Shown here piece by piece: positions 41,694 through 56,055 of a stretch of DNA of 64,000 nt (position 1 is the stretch's first letter; each line of letters starts with the position of its first letter). This DNA comes from Dictyostelium discoideum. Its lineage: Eukaryota. The notes beneath the pieces are model-generated. The model saw only the letters and a program-made list of their open reading frames with translations. It ran no database searches and had not been told where the DNA came from. The position numbers and the translations under genes were made by a program. Location of the stretch: the NCBI GenBank assembly GCA_000004695.1, contig CM000152.2, forward strand, positions 1,120,001 to 1,184,000, given 5' to 3'.

Positions 41694-44600
41694 TTAATTT
41701 AAACTTTCAATAAAATCTTTTAAAGTTTTTAAAATTTCATTAAAAGTGAAACCATCGATTGGATTCCAACATTTATGAATAAAGTTTTTAATGTTTGGAT
41801 CAATTTTATCTAAACCTATTGATGGTTTTTCTTGGCCAAATTTGCGAGTATCACCAACTAAAATTTCATCAATTAGTAATTCATAAGATAAGACTGCAAA
41901 TGAATGAATATTATACTTTAGTGAACTACTATTATTACTATTATTACTATTATTATTATTATTATTATTATTATTGTTGTTGTTATTATTATTATTATTA
42001 CTATTATTACTGTTATTAAAATCATTGTTTTGTTTTGGATCTCTTATAATTGAAATTTCTCTGGTTAAATTAATTGGTGTATCAACTCTTTCTATATAAT
42101 TATTACAAGCTAATCCTTTAATAGTTTTACTTGATGTTAGATCTAATACTTTAGCACAAACCTCTGCATTTTCATTGGTATCATAAAGGAAAATATTTCT
42201 AGCTCTTAGAGTTTTTTGAATGATTGAACTTTGTTGAAGGAATTTACAACCTTTGGCAACATCAATAAGAATTCTAATCTTTTGAGTGATTGACATTTTT
42301 AGTTTCTTTTTTGAAATTATATAATCCAAACTTCCAAGGGGTGGATATTCAAAGGCTAAACATAAATAATCCTTTGAAATTACACAACCAATCAATGGTA
42401 AAATATTTTGATGTTTTAATCTACTAATAATATTTAATTCTCTATAAGCTTCTTCACAATTTTTTGTTTTTAACTTTATCAATTTAAGTAAAGCATTTTT
42501 ATCTCCAACTGTTCCTCTATATAATATCTCCCATGAATATTTCTCTATCAACTCTTGGAAATGAATATCATTAAAATCCAATCTTGTCGAGGATTCACTT
42601 TCAACCTTTATTTTGAGTAGAGTATACATTTCTTTAATATTATTTGAATTGATTTGAATTGAAAAATTTTCAAAAAACCTTGTTGTACAATGTAAAGTAA
42701 TTGAAAATTTTATTGAAAATGTTTCACCTGGACCAAGATCAAATGATGAATGATCTGATGTAAAAGTGGCTGAATGATTATCCATTGGTAAAATTAAAAA
42801 TGCTGTAAATCTTATTGTTGAATCATTTGTAATTGAAAGAGTATCATAATAGGTTTCACCTAATTTTGCTTTTCCATTAATTAAACCAAATGTTATTATA
42901 CTTTGATTAAACCTTAATGGGAAATTTGAAAAATCTTTAAAATCTGATAATGCGCAACATGTCAATATATCATTTGTTGTTCTAAATGAAAAATCTAATC
43001 TCTTTTCTCTTTTTAATATTTCAAATGCTAATTTTTGAAATTCTAAAGTTTGAAATTCATCTGGAAATGTACTATTTATAATTGGTATTGTATCATTACT
43101 AATTTCATCAATTTTAAAACTTTCTAATTTATTTGAATAAATTTGATAATTATTATTACCATTACTGTTACTATTACTATTACTATTACTATTACTATTA
43201 ATATTAATATTACTATTACTATTACTATTATTATTACTGTTACTATTATTATTATTATTATTATTATTACTATTACTATTACTATAATTACTATTACAAT
43301 TACTATAAATAATATTATTACTATTATTATTATTACTATTATTATTATTATTATTATTATTAAAATAATTATTATTATTTAAACTTTGATTTTTAAATTT
43401 ATATCTATTATTATTTTTTGGTATTTGATTATTAAATATTGAATCTGATGATATTGTATCTAATATTGATATTGATGGATAAGATGAATGACTTGTAATT
43501 TTTGGTAAAACTTTAATTTCAATTTCATTATTTTGGGCATATTCAATATCTTTATTTGATTTTGAGAGGAATTGAGATAATCTTTTTCTATGTTTAACTA
43601 TTAAAATTGTAATGATTGATAAAGCCAAAGATCCTAAAACTATTGATAAAACAATTGCCAAAATAGCTGGTTTACTAGCTTTAACACTTTCAATGGGTAA
43701 TAAGGTTGGTGTTATTGGATCAATAATTTGAGGTAATGAATCACTAACTGAAAAGATTGCCAATGATGTTAAATAAATATCACCACGACTTGTGAATGAA
43801 ATATTTAAAAAATCGAGTGATTGTGTGTTATTATAAACAAATGTTAAATTTTTTGAAAAAGGTTGATCGCCAGCGAATGGTTCCATCACTAAAACTGGAT
43901 TTTTTTGAATAGATACAGATAATGGACTTGAATATTGATCGATTGGTTTATAAAAAGTGAAAAATAATTGAACTTGTAAAGTTGCTATTGATTTATTAAT
44001 AAATAAATCAATTATAACTGGATCATATTGAACATCTGATGTAATTCCCCAAGAAAATAAACTATTTAATGTTGATGAGGCTGTAACATTTGGTAAACCA
44101 CCAACATATTTTGCATTACTTGAAAGTTGGCAACCTAAAGTTTTTATACAACCACCTTGAAATTTTAAACCATCCAATTCATTTATTTTATTATTATTAT
44201 CATTAACTAATTGATTATTATTTGTTGTTGTTGGTGTTGATGTTGATGTTGATGTTGATGTCGATGTTGGTGTTGGAGTTGGTATTATTGTTGTTGATGT
44301 TGGATCAATCATTTGCCAACCAGCATTAAATAAAGATTGTCCATAAACAGTTATAATTGGAAAATCAATTATAAAATAATAACTTGAATCTTTAGAATAT
44401 TCATTTTTAATTGTAACACGAATATTATGATTACCTAATTTTTCAGATACATAAAGAAAACTACATTTTGTTGAGATTGGATTATATTGAACCTCTTTTG
44501 ATTCCATACCATTGGATGAGAAAATACAAATGATTGGAGTTTTTAAACCCATATTATTCAATTTAACTGAAAGAGAAACTGAAGAATTGAAAAACATTTT

Positions 44601-46399
44601 ATGAGGTTCATTTGGATAAACAGTTTCAACTTTTAATGAATCCAAAACACTTTTACTAAAATAATAAATTGGAGTAATCGATGACCCAAATACTTTTTCA
44701 GGTGGTTCAGTTGTTTCTGGTGACCCATAAATATAAGTATTTTGAAAGTTTGTGACTGTAGTTGTTGTTTCATCAAAAAACTTTTGTGTTGAAGTTAAGT
44801 TTGTATTAAAACTTGAATTTATAAAATCTAATCTTGAAACTGTACCATTGAATGAAAAATTTTCGGTTGCATTTAAATTATTAAATACTAATGCACTATT
44901 TGGTAAATAAGCTGAAACTGTATCTGATGCTACTAAATCTTTAATTGTAAAAAATCTTCCTGGTGAATTACCATTATTATTAATATTTAAAAGATAATGA
45001 TTTTGTGAATTATTATTATTATTATTATCATCATTATTATTATTTTCATTATTAATATTTAATAAGTTAAAATTGTTTGTATTATTATTATTATCATTAT
45101 TATTATTATTTAATTTATAAAAATAAGTTGAATTATTAATTTTAAAATCAACAGGATATTGAATTAAATTTGAAAATAAAATTGAAGTATTTGTACAAGG
45201 TGAGTAACAATCATTATCAAAACCTGTTATAATGGACCTATTACCAATGAAATTAAAATTAAGAGCAATCAATTGAGAAATAAAAGTATCATTTATTGAT
45301 TGAACATTTGGAGATAATGAATAGATTCCATTACCTTCAAATCCATAATCCATACTAAAAGGTGAAGGAAAATTGATAGGGGAATTTAAACCGAACGGTT
45401 GTGGTAGTGGTGGTATTAAAAAGTAATGATTTAATTTTGATTTTATAAATTCAGTGCCATATTGAGCGATTAAATTTGAACCTGATTTACTAACTATTAA
45501 ACTCTCTGATAATGATACATTTGAACTAACGAAAATGAGTGGTGCTCTAGATTCTTTAACTCTATCAATGATAGCACAACCTTTTATAACTACACTATTT
45601 GAAAATTCTATATACAATGAGTTTCTAAATCTTTGATTTTCACCCTTTATTATATCGATCACTTGATTTGGTTTATCATTTGAGAAAATTAATTTCGTAT
45701 CATTATAAAGTTTATTGGTGGTTTTACCTATTGAATCCAATGTAAAATTTTCAATTTGAACTTGTGAATCACCAGTTATATATATAGATGATCCAACAGT
45801 CGATGTAGAATCTATAAATGATTCACTTGAACCACCTAATAAATATTTACAATTAAAATGAACTATTATATTTTTATCATTTTTTGAAATTGGTAAACAA
45901 TTGGTTCCTCTTAATGATGACGATGATGATGATGTTAAATTAATTTTATCATTACTTGCTCCAAATGAAAATGAACATGTTTGACCTTCTGAAATTTGTT
46001 GACTATAAATTGTAACTTTTGAACCTAAATATATATTGTTTGTCAATGATCCTATTTTTTTGAAATCTTCAATTTGTAATTGATAATCATCAATTCTAGT
46101 GGCTTGGAAAATTCTTTTTTTCTCTCCAATCAATGATAATGATCCTCCCAAAACCATCATACCTGGAAAGAAATTAAATGGATCCATTTTTGAATTATAA
46201 GGATCTAAATCTGTAAATCTGATACTTGATTTACTATTTAATACACCACCTGGTAATATAAATAAAGCTCCAACATTAAAAAATGATATACCTTCTGGAA
46301 TTTCTAATGTTCCTTCAATACATAATACATTAATTTTATAAATTGGTATTCCACCATTACCAACTCTGTATTTCATTTTTGTCCCTATTTAATAATTAT

Positions 46400-46439
<40 letters not shown>

Positions 46440-46498
46440 ATTAGTTATTTTTGACCTTCATAGTTTTTTTTTTGATTTTGATCAGTTTTTTTTTTTTT

Positions 46499-46531
<33 letters not shown>

Positions 46532-46856
46532 CGAAAAAAAAAAAAAAAAAAAAACAGTGATAAAAATTTTATATAGGTACCTCTTGTTATCATTAAATTT
46601 GAAGATTCTTGTGCACCGGGAAATGATGATCTACCAAAATATAATGAACCAGGTATGTTTTGAATAGTACCTTCACAAATATCAGGATAAAATAAATCAT
46701 GAAACGATGATGAATATATGGTTTTATTATTTCTTTCGATCTGAATTTTTGAAAATTGTTGAAATTTATCAATCTTTTTTAAGTTATAATATCCAGGTGG
46801 AGTATCAATTAATTCACATTCTGAACCTATTTTTAAAAATTAAAAGTTAGTATTAT

Positions 46857-46887
<31 letters not shown>

Positions 46888-47049
46888 CAACCCAACATAT
46901 TGGAAAAAACCAATAATAATTATCAGAATTGAATCAAAAAAAAAAAAAAAAAAAAAGATAAAAAAAATCAAAAAATCAAAAAAAAAAAAAAATTGCCTAC
47001 CTATTAATAAAAAAACAACAAAAAAGATAGATAATAAAATTTTTTTCAT
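41694..47049 (-). CDS. Receptor-like type I membrane protein with a TKL-type pseudokinase domain, complement(join(41694..46384,46581..46826,47001..47049)), 1661 aa: a signal peptide, a roughly 900-aa N-glycosylation-rich ectodomain, one TM helix, a poly-N region, a juxtamembrane domain and a kinase-like domain lacking the catalytic Asp.
   Basis: Exon 1 [16 protein letters not shown] ends at a GTAGGC donor. Exon 2 [18 protein letters not shown]... runs from an AAAATAG acceptor to a GTACCT donor. Exon 3 begins [12 protein letters not shown] after TTAAATAG. The phases are consistent. The TM helix is [31 protein letters not shown]. Kinase subdomains are present ([40 protein letters not shown]), but HRDLKxxN is replaced by QKTLRARN and DFG by DLT. 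Confidence 0.75.
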
Positions 47050-47320
47050 TGTTATATCTATTTTTTTTATTTTTTATTTTTTTGTCCACGTAAATAATTT
47101 CATGCAAGACAAGGGAAAAAAAAAAAAAAAAAAAAAAAAAAAGTGATTTGATTTTTGTGAATCTTGATAAAAAAATTTGAAATTTTTGAAAAAAAAAAAA
47201 AAAAAAAAAAAGACAAAAATTTGTCTTTTTTTTTTTTATTATTTTGTCTTTTTTTTTTTATTGGTCATACAACTTCGTTGAATTGATTTTTGCTTAAAAA
47301 AATTTAAAAAAAAAAAAAAG

Positions 47321-47357
<37 letters not shown>

Positions 47358-47656
47358 TATATTGCACCATCAGCCCTAATAAAATCTGTTATAATAAATT
47401 TTTTTGTCTGGTTCAGAACACTAGCCCCATTACTTTTTTTAAATTTTTTTTTTTTTTTTTTTTTTTTATTTTTTATTTTTAGTTTTAAAAAATTAAATAA
47501 TAATAATAATAACAAAAAAAAAAAAAAATTTTAAATCACAAAATAATTTTTTTTATTTTATTTTATTTTATTTTATTTAATTTTGATTATTATTTTTTTA
47601 TTTTTTTTTATTTATTAGCAATTTATTTGGTGTTGGGCTATATTCTTTTGTAAATT

Positions 47657-47694
<38 letters not shown>

Positions 47695-48624
47695 TCAACC
47701 AATGGCTTTCAATATCTTTAAAAATTTTAGGGTTTTTTTTTTTATTTTCTCCGTAGATCAAATTTTGACCAATTTTTTTTTTTCTAAAATTTAAAGAAAA
47801 AAAATATCTTTCAAATTACTTTGTTTTTCTTTATAGACTAAGTCCAAATATTATGAAAAAGACAAAAGTTTATTGGTTTTTTTTTTTTTTTTTAATTTTT
47901 GAGGATATATTTTCTAAAAAATAAGAGTTATTTTTGGAAAAAAGGAATAAGGTTATGTTTGAAATTATTTGTAACCCAGAGAAGAGATGTTTTATTTTTC
48001 AATTTTTTTTTTTTTTTTTTTTAATTCCCAAAAATAATATTTAAAAAATTAAATAATTATTCAAATTAAATAAGTAATCACAAGAGTTTCGATGGAGGAA
48101 TTAATTTTTAAAAAATGTAAACAAGAATAATAGGGTTATTTGGAAAAAAAAAAAAAAAGGTTTAGAAAAAAAAATAGAGTGGAATTGGATATAATATAGA
48201 ATTAGATATTGTGATTTTAAAAAAAATTGAAAAAAAAACATAAGATTTTTAAATCATTTATTAAACTTTTATCAAATACCCAAAAAAAAATATTTAAAAA
48301 AAAAAAAAATAAAACAAAAACTAAAAATAAAATATTCAAAGAATTTTTTCAAAAAAAAAAATTGATGTCTTGGCCATTAATGAGATTACCCAAAACATTA
48401 GATTCAACTATATTTTTTTCATTTTACAACAATCCACCAAACTATCTTTTGATTAAGAATATCTAAATGTGGGTACTGAAGACCAATTTTTTTTTTTTTT
48501 TAAAACTTACGATTATTGTTTACACTTTTTTTTTTTAAAAAAAAAAAAAAATCAAAACCTTAAACTAAAATATTTAATGACATTATATTTTTTTTTTTTT
48601 AATTTATTTTATTTTATTTTATTT

Positions 48625-48670
<46 letters not shown>

Positions 48671-48704
48671 TTATAAAAACACCTTTTTTTTTTTTAATTA
48701 AAAT

Positions 48705-50792
48705 TTAATTTTTTTTGGCTTTTTCTGATTTAATATAATTTAAAGCGGAACCAGCTTTGAACCATTCGATTTGACCAGCATTCATGGTGTGATTAGCTTT
48801 AATTTCAAATTCAGAACCTTGTTTAGCAGATTTAACAATGAGAGTGAGTTGTTTACCTGGGGCAAGATCTTTGAGACCAATGATTGAAATACGATCGTCA
48901 CCAGAGATTTTATCGTAATCAGATGGGTTAGCAAAGGTTAATGGTAAGATACCTTGTTTCTTGAGATTGGTTTCGTGGATACGAGCAAATGATTTAACGA
49001 GGATAGCTTTACCACCGAGATGACGTGGTTCGAGGGCAGCATGTTCACGAGATGAACCTTCACCATAGTTTTCATCACCAACGACGATCCAATTGACACC
49101 ACGTTTCTTGTAGTCACGAGCGACGGTTGGGACTGGACCGATTTCACCAGTGAATTGATTGAGAACAGCGTTGGCTTTACCGTTTTCAGAGTTGATAGCA
49201 CCAATTAACATATTGTTGGAAATGTTATCCAAATGACCTCTGTATTTCAACCATGGACCAGCCATAGAGATGTGATCGGTGGTACATTTACCTTGAACCT
49301 TGATGAGAACTTGCATATCGACTAAATCTTTCTTATCCCATGGGGCAAATGGTTGGAGTAATTGTAATCTGCTGCTTTCTGAATCAACGATAACGTTAAT
49401 GTTTTGACCATTTGGTGATGGTGGTTGGTAAGTGTTTTCACCGGCATCAAAACCACGTGATGGGAGTTCATCACCAGTTGGTGGGGTTAATTTGAATTTG
49501 TTACCATCTTTATCAGTGAGGAAATCGGTCATTGGATTGAATGTAATATCACCAGCAATAGTGAGGGCAGTGACAATCTCTGGTGAGGCGACGAAAGCAT
49601 GAGTATTGACGTTGCTATCGTTACGACCAGTGAAATTTCTATTGTAAGAGGTGATGATAGAGTTCTTTTCACCCTTTGGAACATCTTCTCTCTTCCATTG
49701 ACCAATACATGGACCACAAGCGTTGGCGAGTACAACACCACCAACTTTCTCTAAAACTTTCATTTGACCATCACGTTCAATGGTGGCTCTAATTTGTTCG
49801 GAACCTGGGGTAATGGTGAATTTGGCTTTGGCAGTGATACCTTTATCGAGGGCTTGTTGAGCGACAGATGCTGAACGACTCATATCTTCATATGAACTGT
49901 TGGTACATGAACCGATGAGACCAACTTTTAATTCGGCTGGCCAGTTATTGGTTTTAACTGATTCAGCGAATTTGGAGAGTGGATGACCGAGATCTGGGGT
50001 GAATGGACCATTGATGTATGGTTCGAGTGTATCGAGATTGAGTTCAATCAATTGATCGTAGTGAGCATTTGGATCGGCAACCAAGTTGTGTTTGAATGAG
50101 TTGGCAGCATTTGCGATATTTGAACGACCAGTTGAATTTAAGTAGTCAACCATACGTTTATTGAATGGGAATAAAGAGGTGGTAGCTCCGATTTCAGCAC
50201 CCATATTACAAATGGTGGCCATACCAGTACAAGAGAGAGATTCAACACCTGAACCAAAGTATTCGACGATGGCACCTGTACCACCTTTAACAGTGAGAAT
50301 ATCGGCAACACGAAGGATGACATCCTTTGGTGATGACCAACCCTTGAGTGAACCAGTTAATTTGACACCAATGATCTTTGGTGCTTTCAATTCCCATGGG
50401 ATACCTGCCATAACATCGACGGCATCAGCACCACCAACACCAACTGCGACCATACCTAAACCACCAGCATTTGGTGTATGACTATCAGTACCAATCATTA
50501 AACCACCTGGGAATGCATAATTTTCTAAAACGATTTGATGGATAATACCTGAACCTGGCTTCCAGAAACCCATACCAAATTTCTTAGCACTGGTTGAAAG
50601 GAAATCGTAAACTTCTTTATTGATATCTTTTGCAACTTCTAAATCTTTTTCACCACCTTTATATGCTTCAATTAAATGATCACAATGAATTGTTGTTGGT
50701 ACTGCAGTTTCTGGTAAACCAGCTGACATAAATTGTAATACAGCCATTTGTGCGGTGGCATCCTTTAAAAAAAAAAAAAAAATTTGTTAATC

Positions 50793-50823
<31 letters not shown>

Positions 50824-51255
50824 GACCAGGCCTGTTATCTATAAAACTATTATTATAATAATTATAACAAATTTGTAATACTTACTTGCATAGCAACACG
50901 ATCTGGATGTAATTTAAGATAAGTGATACCTCTTTCAACTTTAGTTGATGGATCTTCTAAATGACCATAAATGATCTTTTCAGCAAGGGTGAGTGGTTTG
51001 TTGTGATGGAGTCTGAATTGTTTTAATTTAGCATCAATACCTTCGTAGTTGAGTTTCTTGTTTGGTTCAAGAGGACTCATTGATACTGTTGAAAAAGATC
51101 TAGTTGATCTCTATTATTTCATTTTCCCAATTTTGAATTTTAAATATTAATATATATTCATATATATTTCTTCTTTGTATTTTTTTTATATATATTTTTT
51201 TATCCCATTAATTTCTACTTACAACTTTGGAAATACCCTTAACGAGTGAGTTCAT
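48705..51255 (-). CDS. aco2: Mitochondrial aconitate hydratase, complement(join(48705..50762,50886..51110,51223..51255)), 771 aa.
   Basis: The large exon matches mitochondrial aconitase throughout: [49 protein letters not shown]...[41 protein letters not shown] and [23 protein letters not shown]. The upstream exon [24 protein letters not shown]...[11 protein letters not shown] is joined through GTAAGT...TTTAAAG. A 33-nt first exon [11 protein letters not shown] (a presequence) is joined through GTAAGT...AATAATAG. All phases are 0. Confidence 0.85.
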
Positions 51256-51333
51256 TTTATAATTATTTTTTTTTTAATTCTGTGAAATTTCATAATATGT
51301 TAGTTGATCATCATTTTTTATTTTTATTTATTA

Positions 51334-51337
<4 letters not shown>

Positions 51338-51412
<75 letters not shown>
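51338..51412. repeat. (ATT)n microsatellite in the divergent aconitase/PAH intergenic region. A second (AAT)n array of about 100 bp lies at 52345..52448.
   Basis: Direct reading. These arrays generate the spurious poly-L ORF 51246..51437. Confidence 0.95.
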
Positions 51413-51786
51413 GTTGTGTTATTTTACTTACATATAATAATATAAAAAAAAATATTCTTTAAATTGGTTTTATTAATTAATTAAAAATTTTTTTTTTTTT
51501 TTTTTCAGTTTTCGAAATTAAATGCAATGGAAAAAAAAAAAAAATAAAATATATATATTAAATTTTCATTAGTAATTTACTCTTTTTCATTTATTTATTT
51601 TTCTATTTTTATTTTTATTTTAAATAAAAAACAGTAAAGAAAAGAAAAAAAAAAAAAGAAAATTAAATAAAAATATGGGTGTAAATATAAAATATAATCA
51701 TTGTACCTACATTTTTGAAGTTGTAAAAAAAAAAAAAACAATAATAAAAAAAAAAAAAAAATTTTCAAATTTTTCGAAAATATTTC

Positions 51787-51824
<38 letters not shown>

Positions 51825-52343
51825 TTTTTTTTACGAATTTCAATTTTTGATGGGAATCGTCATTATTGCAAGGCATGCCCCAAAAAAAAAAAAATAAAAA
51901 AAAAATAAAAAAAAAAAAATACAGGAATAAATAATTAAAATAAAGAAAAAATTATCTAGAGATTTTTAAAAATGTTATTGAAATTAATTGTTAAATTTAA
52001 ATTTCTAAATCAAAAGCCATAGTGTAAATAATTTTTGTTTTTGTTTTTTGTTTTTTTGTTTTGTTTTGTTTTTTATTTTTTTTTTTTTTTAATAAAAAAT
52101 ATAAAAAAAATATCCTTAAATAAAAATAAAAAAATAAAAAAATAAAAAAAAAAATAAAAAAAATAATAATTATCAAAACTAAAAAACCATTGAAAATTTA
52201 AAATTTCGTTTTAAAACGATTTTTAAATTGAAATTGAATTAATTTTTTTTTTTTTTTTTTTTTATTTTTTAATTTTTTTTTATAGACACTTTTAGAACAA
52301 TTTTTTTTTTTTTCTTTCTATTTTTTAAAAAAAAAAACACAGC

Positions 52344-52449
<106 letters not shown>

Positions 52450-52681
52450 TTATAAGAACAAGTAAATATTACCCCTTTTGGAGATAAAAAAAATTTAAAA
52501 AAAAAATTAAAAATATATTAATTTTATTTCTTTTTTTTTTTTTTTGTTTTTTTTTTTATACCCAATTTTTTTATTTTTTATTTTTTATTTTTTTTTATTT
52601 TTATTTTCACAACTAATAACAGACTAAATTAATAAAAATAAAAATAAAAATAAACAAACCAAATTAAAAATATTAAATAAA

Positions 52682-53204
52682 ATGGAATCTAACACAAATT
52701 CTCAAGGACAAGGTATTATTCCTCAATCATATCATTCATCAATTTTCTTTTCAATTTCAAAAGGATCTGATAAGATTGGTGGATTATTAGAGTATTTAGA
52801 GATTATTAAAAAACATAATATCAACATTACAAGAATTGAATCAAGACCATCAAAAACCGAAAAAAAAGATTATGATTTCTTTTTAGATTTAGAATATCCA
52901 ACAGAAAACAATAAAGAAGTTGAAAAGGTTATTAAAGATCTCGAAGAAAAAGGTGTAAAAGCTACAACCCTTCAAGAAAGTTCAAACCAAACTTATGGTA
53001 TGTATAATAATAAATTAAATTAATAATAAATTTCCAAAGGGAGTGAAGAAATAATAACAAACAGGGATTAAGGAATATAAAAAAAAAAAAAAAAAAAGAG
53101 AGAGAGTTATAAAAAAAAAAAAATAATTTACTATACTTTACTCTCTAAACTATCTAGAATAGAATTAATTTAAAGTTTTTTTTTATTTGTTTTTGGTATT
53201 GGGG

Positions 53205-53235
<31 letters not shown>

Positions 53236-54440
53236 AATTATAAAATTTTAATTTAGCTCCATGGTTTCCAAGAAAAATTTCAGATTTAGATTTATTTGCA
53301 AATAAAGTATTAGAAATGGGATCAGATTTAACTTCAGATCATCCAGGTGCTTCAGATCCAGTTTACAGAGAAAGAAGAAGAGAAATTGCAAAAATTGCTT
53401 CAACTTATAAACAGTATGTATACTTTTTTTTAAAAAAAAAAAAAACTTTTACATATATGTATTAATATTTTTAATAATAAATAAATATAAAAAAAAAAAA
53501 AAAGTGGAGATGAAATTCCAAGAATTGATTATACAGAAGAAGAAATTAAAACATGGGGAGTTGTTTATAATAGATTAAAAGAATTATTTCCAACAAATGC
53601 ATGTCATCAACATGCATACATTTTCCCATTATTAGAACAAAATTGTGGATACTCTCCAGATAATATTCCACAATTACAAGATATTTCAAACTTTTTACAA
53701 GAATGTACTGGCTGGCGTATTCGTCCAGTACAAGGTTTACTCTCTGCTAGAGATTTCTTAAATGGTTTAGCTTTCCGTGTATTCCATGCAACTCAATATA
53801 TTAGACATCCATCCGTACCATTATATACACCAGAACCAGATTGTTGTCATGAATTATTAGGTCATGTTCCATTATTAGCTGATCCTGATTTCGCTGATTT
53901 TAGTCAAGAGATTGGTTTAGCTTCAATTGGTGCTTCTGATGAAGATATTCAATTACTTAGTACTGTAAGTTGTTATTATTATTATTAAATAATTTTATTT
54001 ATTATTTATTTATTTAAAAATTAACATTATTATTATTATTATTTTAGTGTTATTGGTTTACAGTTGAATTTGGATTATGTAAAGAAGGTGATACAATTAG
54101 AGCATATGGTGCAGGTATTTTATCATCAACAGGTGAAATGGAACACTTTTTAACTGATAAAGCAAAAAAATTACCATTTAATCCATTTGACGCATGCAAT
54201 ACTGAATATCCAATTACAACATTCCAACCACTTTACTATGTTGCAGAAAGTTTCCAAAAAGCAAAAGAACAAATGAGACAATTTGCTGATAGCTTTAAAA
54301 AACCATTTTCAATTCGTTACAATCCATACACTCAATCAATTGAAATACTTGATAACAAAGATAAATTATTAAATATTTGCAATGATATTAGAAATCAATC
54401 TGAAATATTGGCCGATGCAATTTCAAAACTTAAAGCTTAA
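52682..54440 (+). CDS. pah: Phenylalanine-4-hydroxylase (a biopterin-dependent aromatic amino acid hydroxylase), join(52682..52997,53257..53413,53505..53964,54048..54440), 441 aa.
   Basis: Exon 1 is the ACT regulatory domain: [39 protein letters not shown]. Exons 2 to 4 read [11 protein letters not shown]...[38 protein letters not shown]...[10 protein letters not shown]...[20 protein letters not shown]...[18 protein letters not shown]...[26 protein letters not shown]...[16 protein letters not shown], colinear with PAH. The donors are GTATGT, GTATGT and GTAAGT, the acceptors follow T-rich tracts, and phases 1, 2 and 0 are consistent. Confidence 0.9.
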
Positions 54441-54735
54441 AAAAAAAAAAAAAAAAAAAAAAAAATATTATTTTATTTTTATTATAAAAAATCAATATTG
54501 ATGTAAATAAAAACAATTTTTTCTAATTTTTTATTTTATTTTTTATCTTAAAAAAACAGAATTGTACATGTTTTGGATTTTATTATTTTTTTTTTTTATT
54601 TTTATTTTTTTATTTTTTTTTTTTCATATTTTTTTTCTTTTTTTTTATTTTTTATTTTTTATTTTTCACTTTTCAATAATTTTCTCACAAAATTTTATTT
54701 CTCATTATTTAATGAGAAAATAAATAAATTATCAA

Positions 54736-56055
54736 ATGACAACACCAAGAGTACCAACAACATTTACAAGAAAAGTAGCAGGTGGAGTTAAAACTACAAC
54801 AACAGGATCATCATTACCAACAAATAATACATCAACAACAACAACAACAACAACAACAGCAGCAAAGAAATTACCAAATGGATGTAAAATTTCAATTAAA
54901 AATTCAAATTTATTAACATCAACAGGTTTAACAGATTTAGATGATATTATTGGTGGTGGTATACCAATTGGTAGTATATTAATGATTGAAGAAGATATAA
55001 ATAGTAGTTATTATATGTTTTTATTAAAGTATTTCCTTGCAGAAGGTGTACTTCAACAACAGGGTGTATTCTTTTCATCTTTAATTGGTATTGATCCATT
55101 TGAAATTTTAAATAAATTACCTGCAAGAATTACAAAAGAAGAAGAAATTGAAGCTGATAAAAATGATACTACAAATAATATAAATACAAATATAAATACA
55201 AATAACAATAATAAACAACCAACAGATGAATTAAAAATTGCATGGAGATATCAACAATATGTTTCAAATGAGTTATCAAAACAACAACAACAGCAATCAG
55301 CATCAACAATAATGAATCAAACATTTTGTCATAGTTATGATTTTACAAGAAAGATGAATGTTCAATCAATGAATCCTGAATTGATTCATACATTATCACA
55401 TGATGCACAATCACAGGCAGAAGGCACATCACCATATAGAAATTTATTTTTAGAGATTCAAAATTTAGTTTACAAATATAATAAAGAGGCAGCAATGAAC
55501 CCTGACCAAACTAGAGTATTACGTTTATGCATTCAATCATTCTCTTCACCACTTTGGTCCAACGATGAAGAGGGAGTCATAGAGTTTTTACATGCATTAA
55601 AGGGTTTGTTACGTTCATCAGTTGCAACTTGCGTTATATCAGTTCCAACCTATATCTATAGTGGTGCCTTTGTTAAAAAGATCGCTCATTTATGCGATAC
55701 CGTGGTCTCAATTAACTCTTTTAGTGGTTTAGGTGGTGAAACACCTGAACAATTCGCAGAGTATCTTGGTCTTTTCAATATCCGTAAGATTGCCCGTTTA
55801 AATACTTTATCATTATCATTTCATCCCGATATGTTAACTTTTGTATTCAAAATGAAAAGAAGAAAGATGTGTATCGAAACAATTCATTTACCACCCGAAT
55901 CTTCACGTGCTGGTGATTCAAAACCTGATAATAATGACTCAAATAAAAATAAATCCGATCAAAATAATATTGTTTCAAAAATGAAATCTGGAAGTGGTTT
56001 ATTATGTGGTGGAGGTGGTGGTGGTTCTAGTAATAACAATCCTTTAGATTTTTAA
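54736..56055 (+). CDS. elp4: Elongator complex protein 4 (ELP4/PAXNEB, RecA-like fold), 439 aa.
   Basis: KISIKNSNLLTSTGLTDLDDIIGGGIPIGSILMIEEDINSSYYMFLLKYFLAEGVLQQQGVFFSSL matches the conserved ELP4 N-terminal core. A C-terminal block reads ...LCDTVVSINSFSG. Confidence 0.75.
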   Translation: MTTPRVPTTFTRKVAGGVKTTTTGSSLPTNNTSTTTTTTTTAAKKLPNGCKISIKNSNLLTSTGLTDLDDIIGGGIPIGSILMIEEDINSSYYMFLLKYFLAEGVLQQQGVFFSSLIGIDPFEILNKLPARITKEEEIEADKNDTTNNINTNINTNNNNKQPTDELKIAWRYQQYVSNELSKQQQQQSASTIMNQTFCHSYDFTRKMNVQSMNPELIHTLSHDAQSQAEGTSPYRNLFLEIQNLVYKYNKEAAMNPDQTRVLRLCIQSFSSPLWSNDEEGVIEFLHALKGLLRSSVATCVISVPTYIYSGAFVKKIAHLCDTVVSINSFSGLGGETPEQFAEYLGLFNIRKIARLNTLSLSFHPDMLTFVFKMKRRKMCIETIHLPPESSRAGDSKPDNNDSNKNKSDQNNIVSKMKSGSGLLCGGGGGGSSNNNPLDF

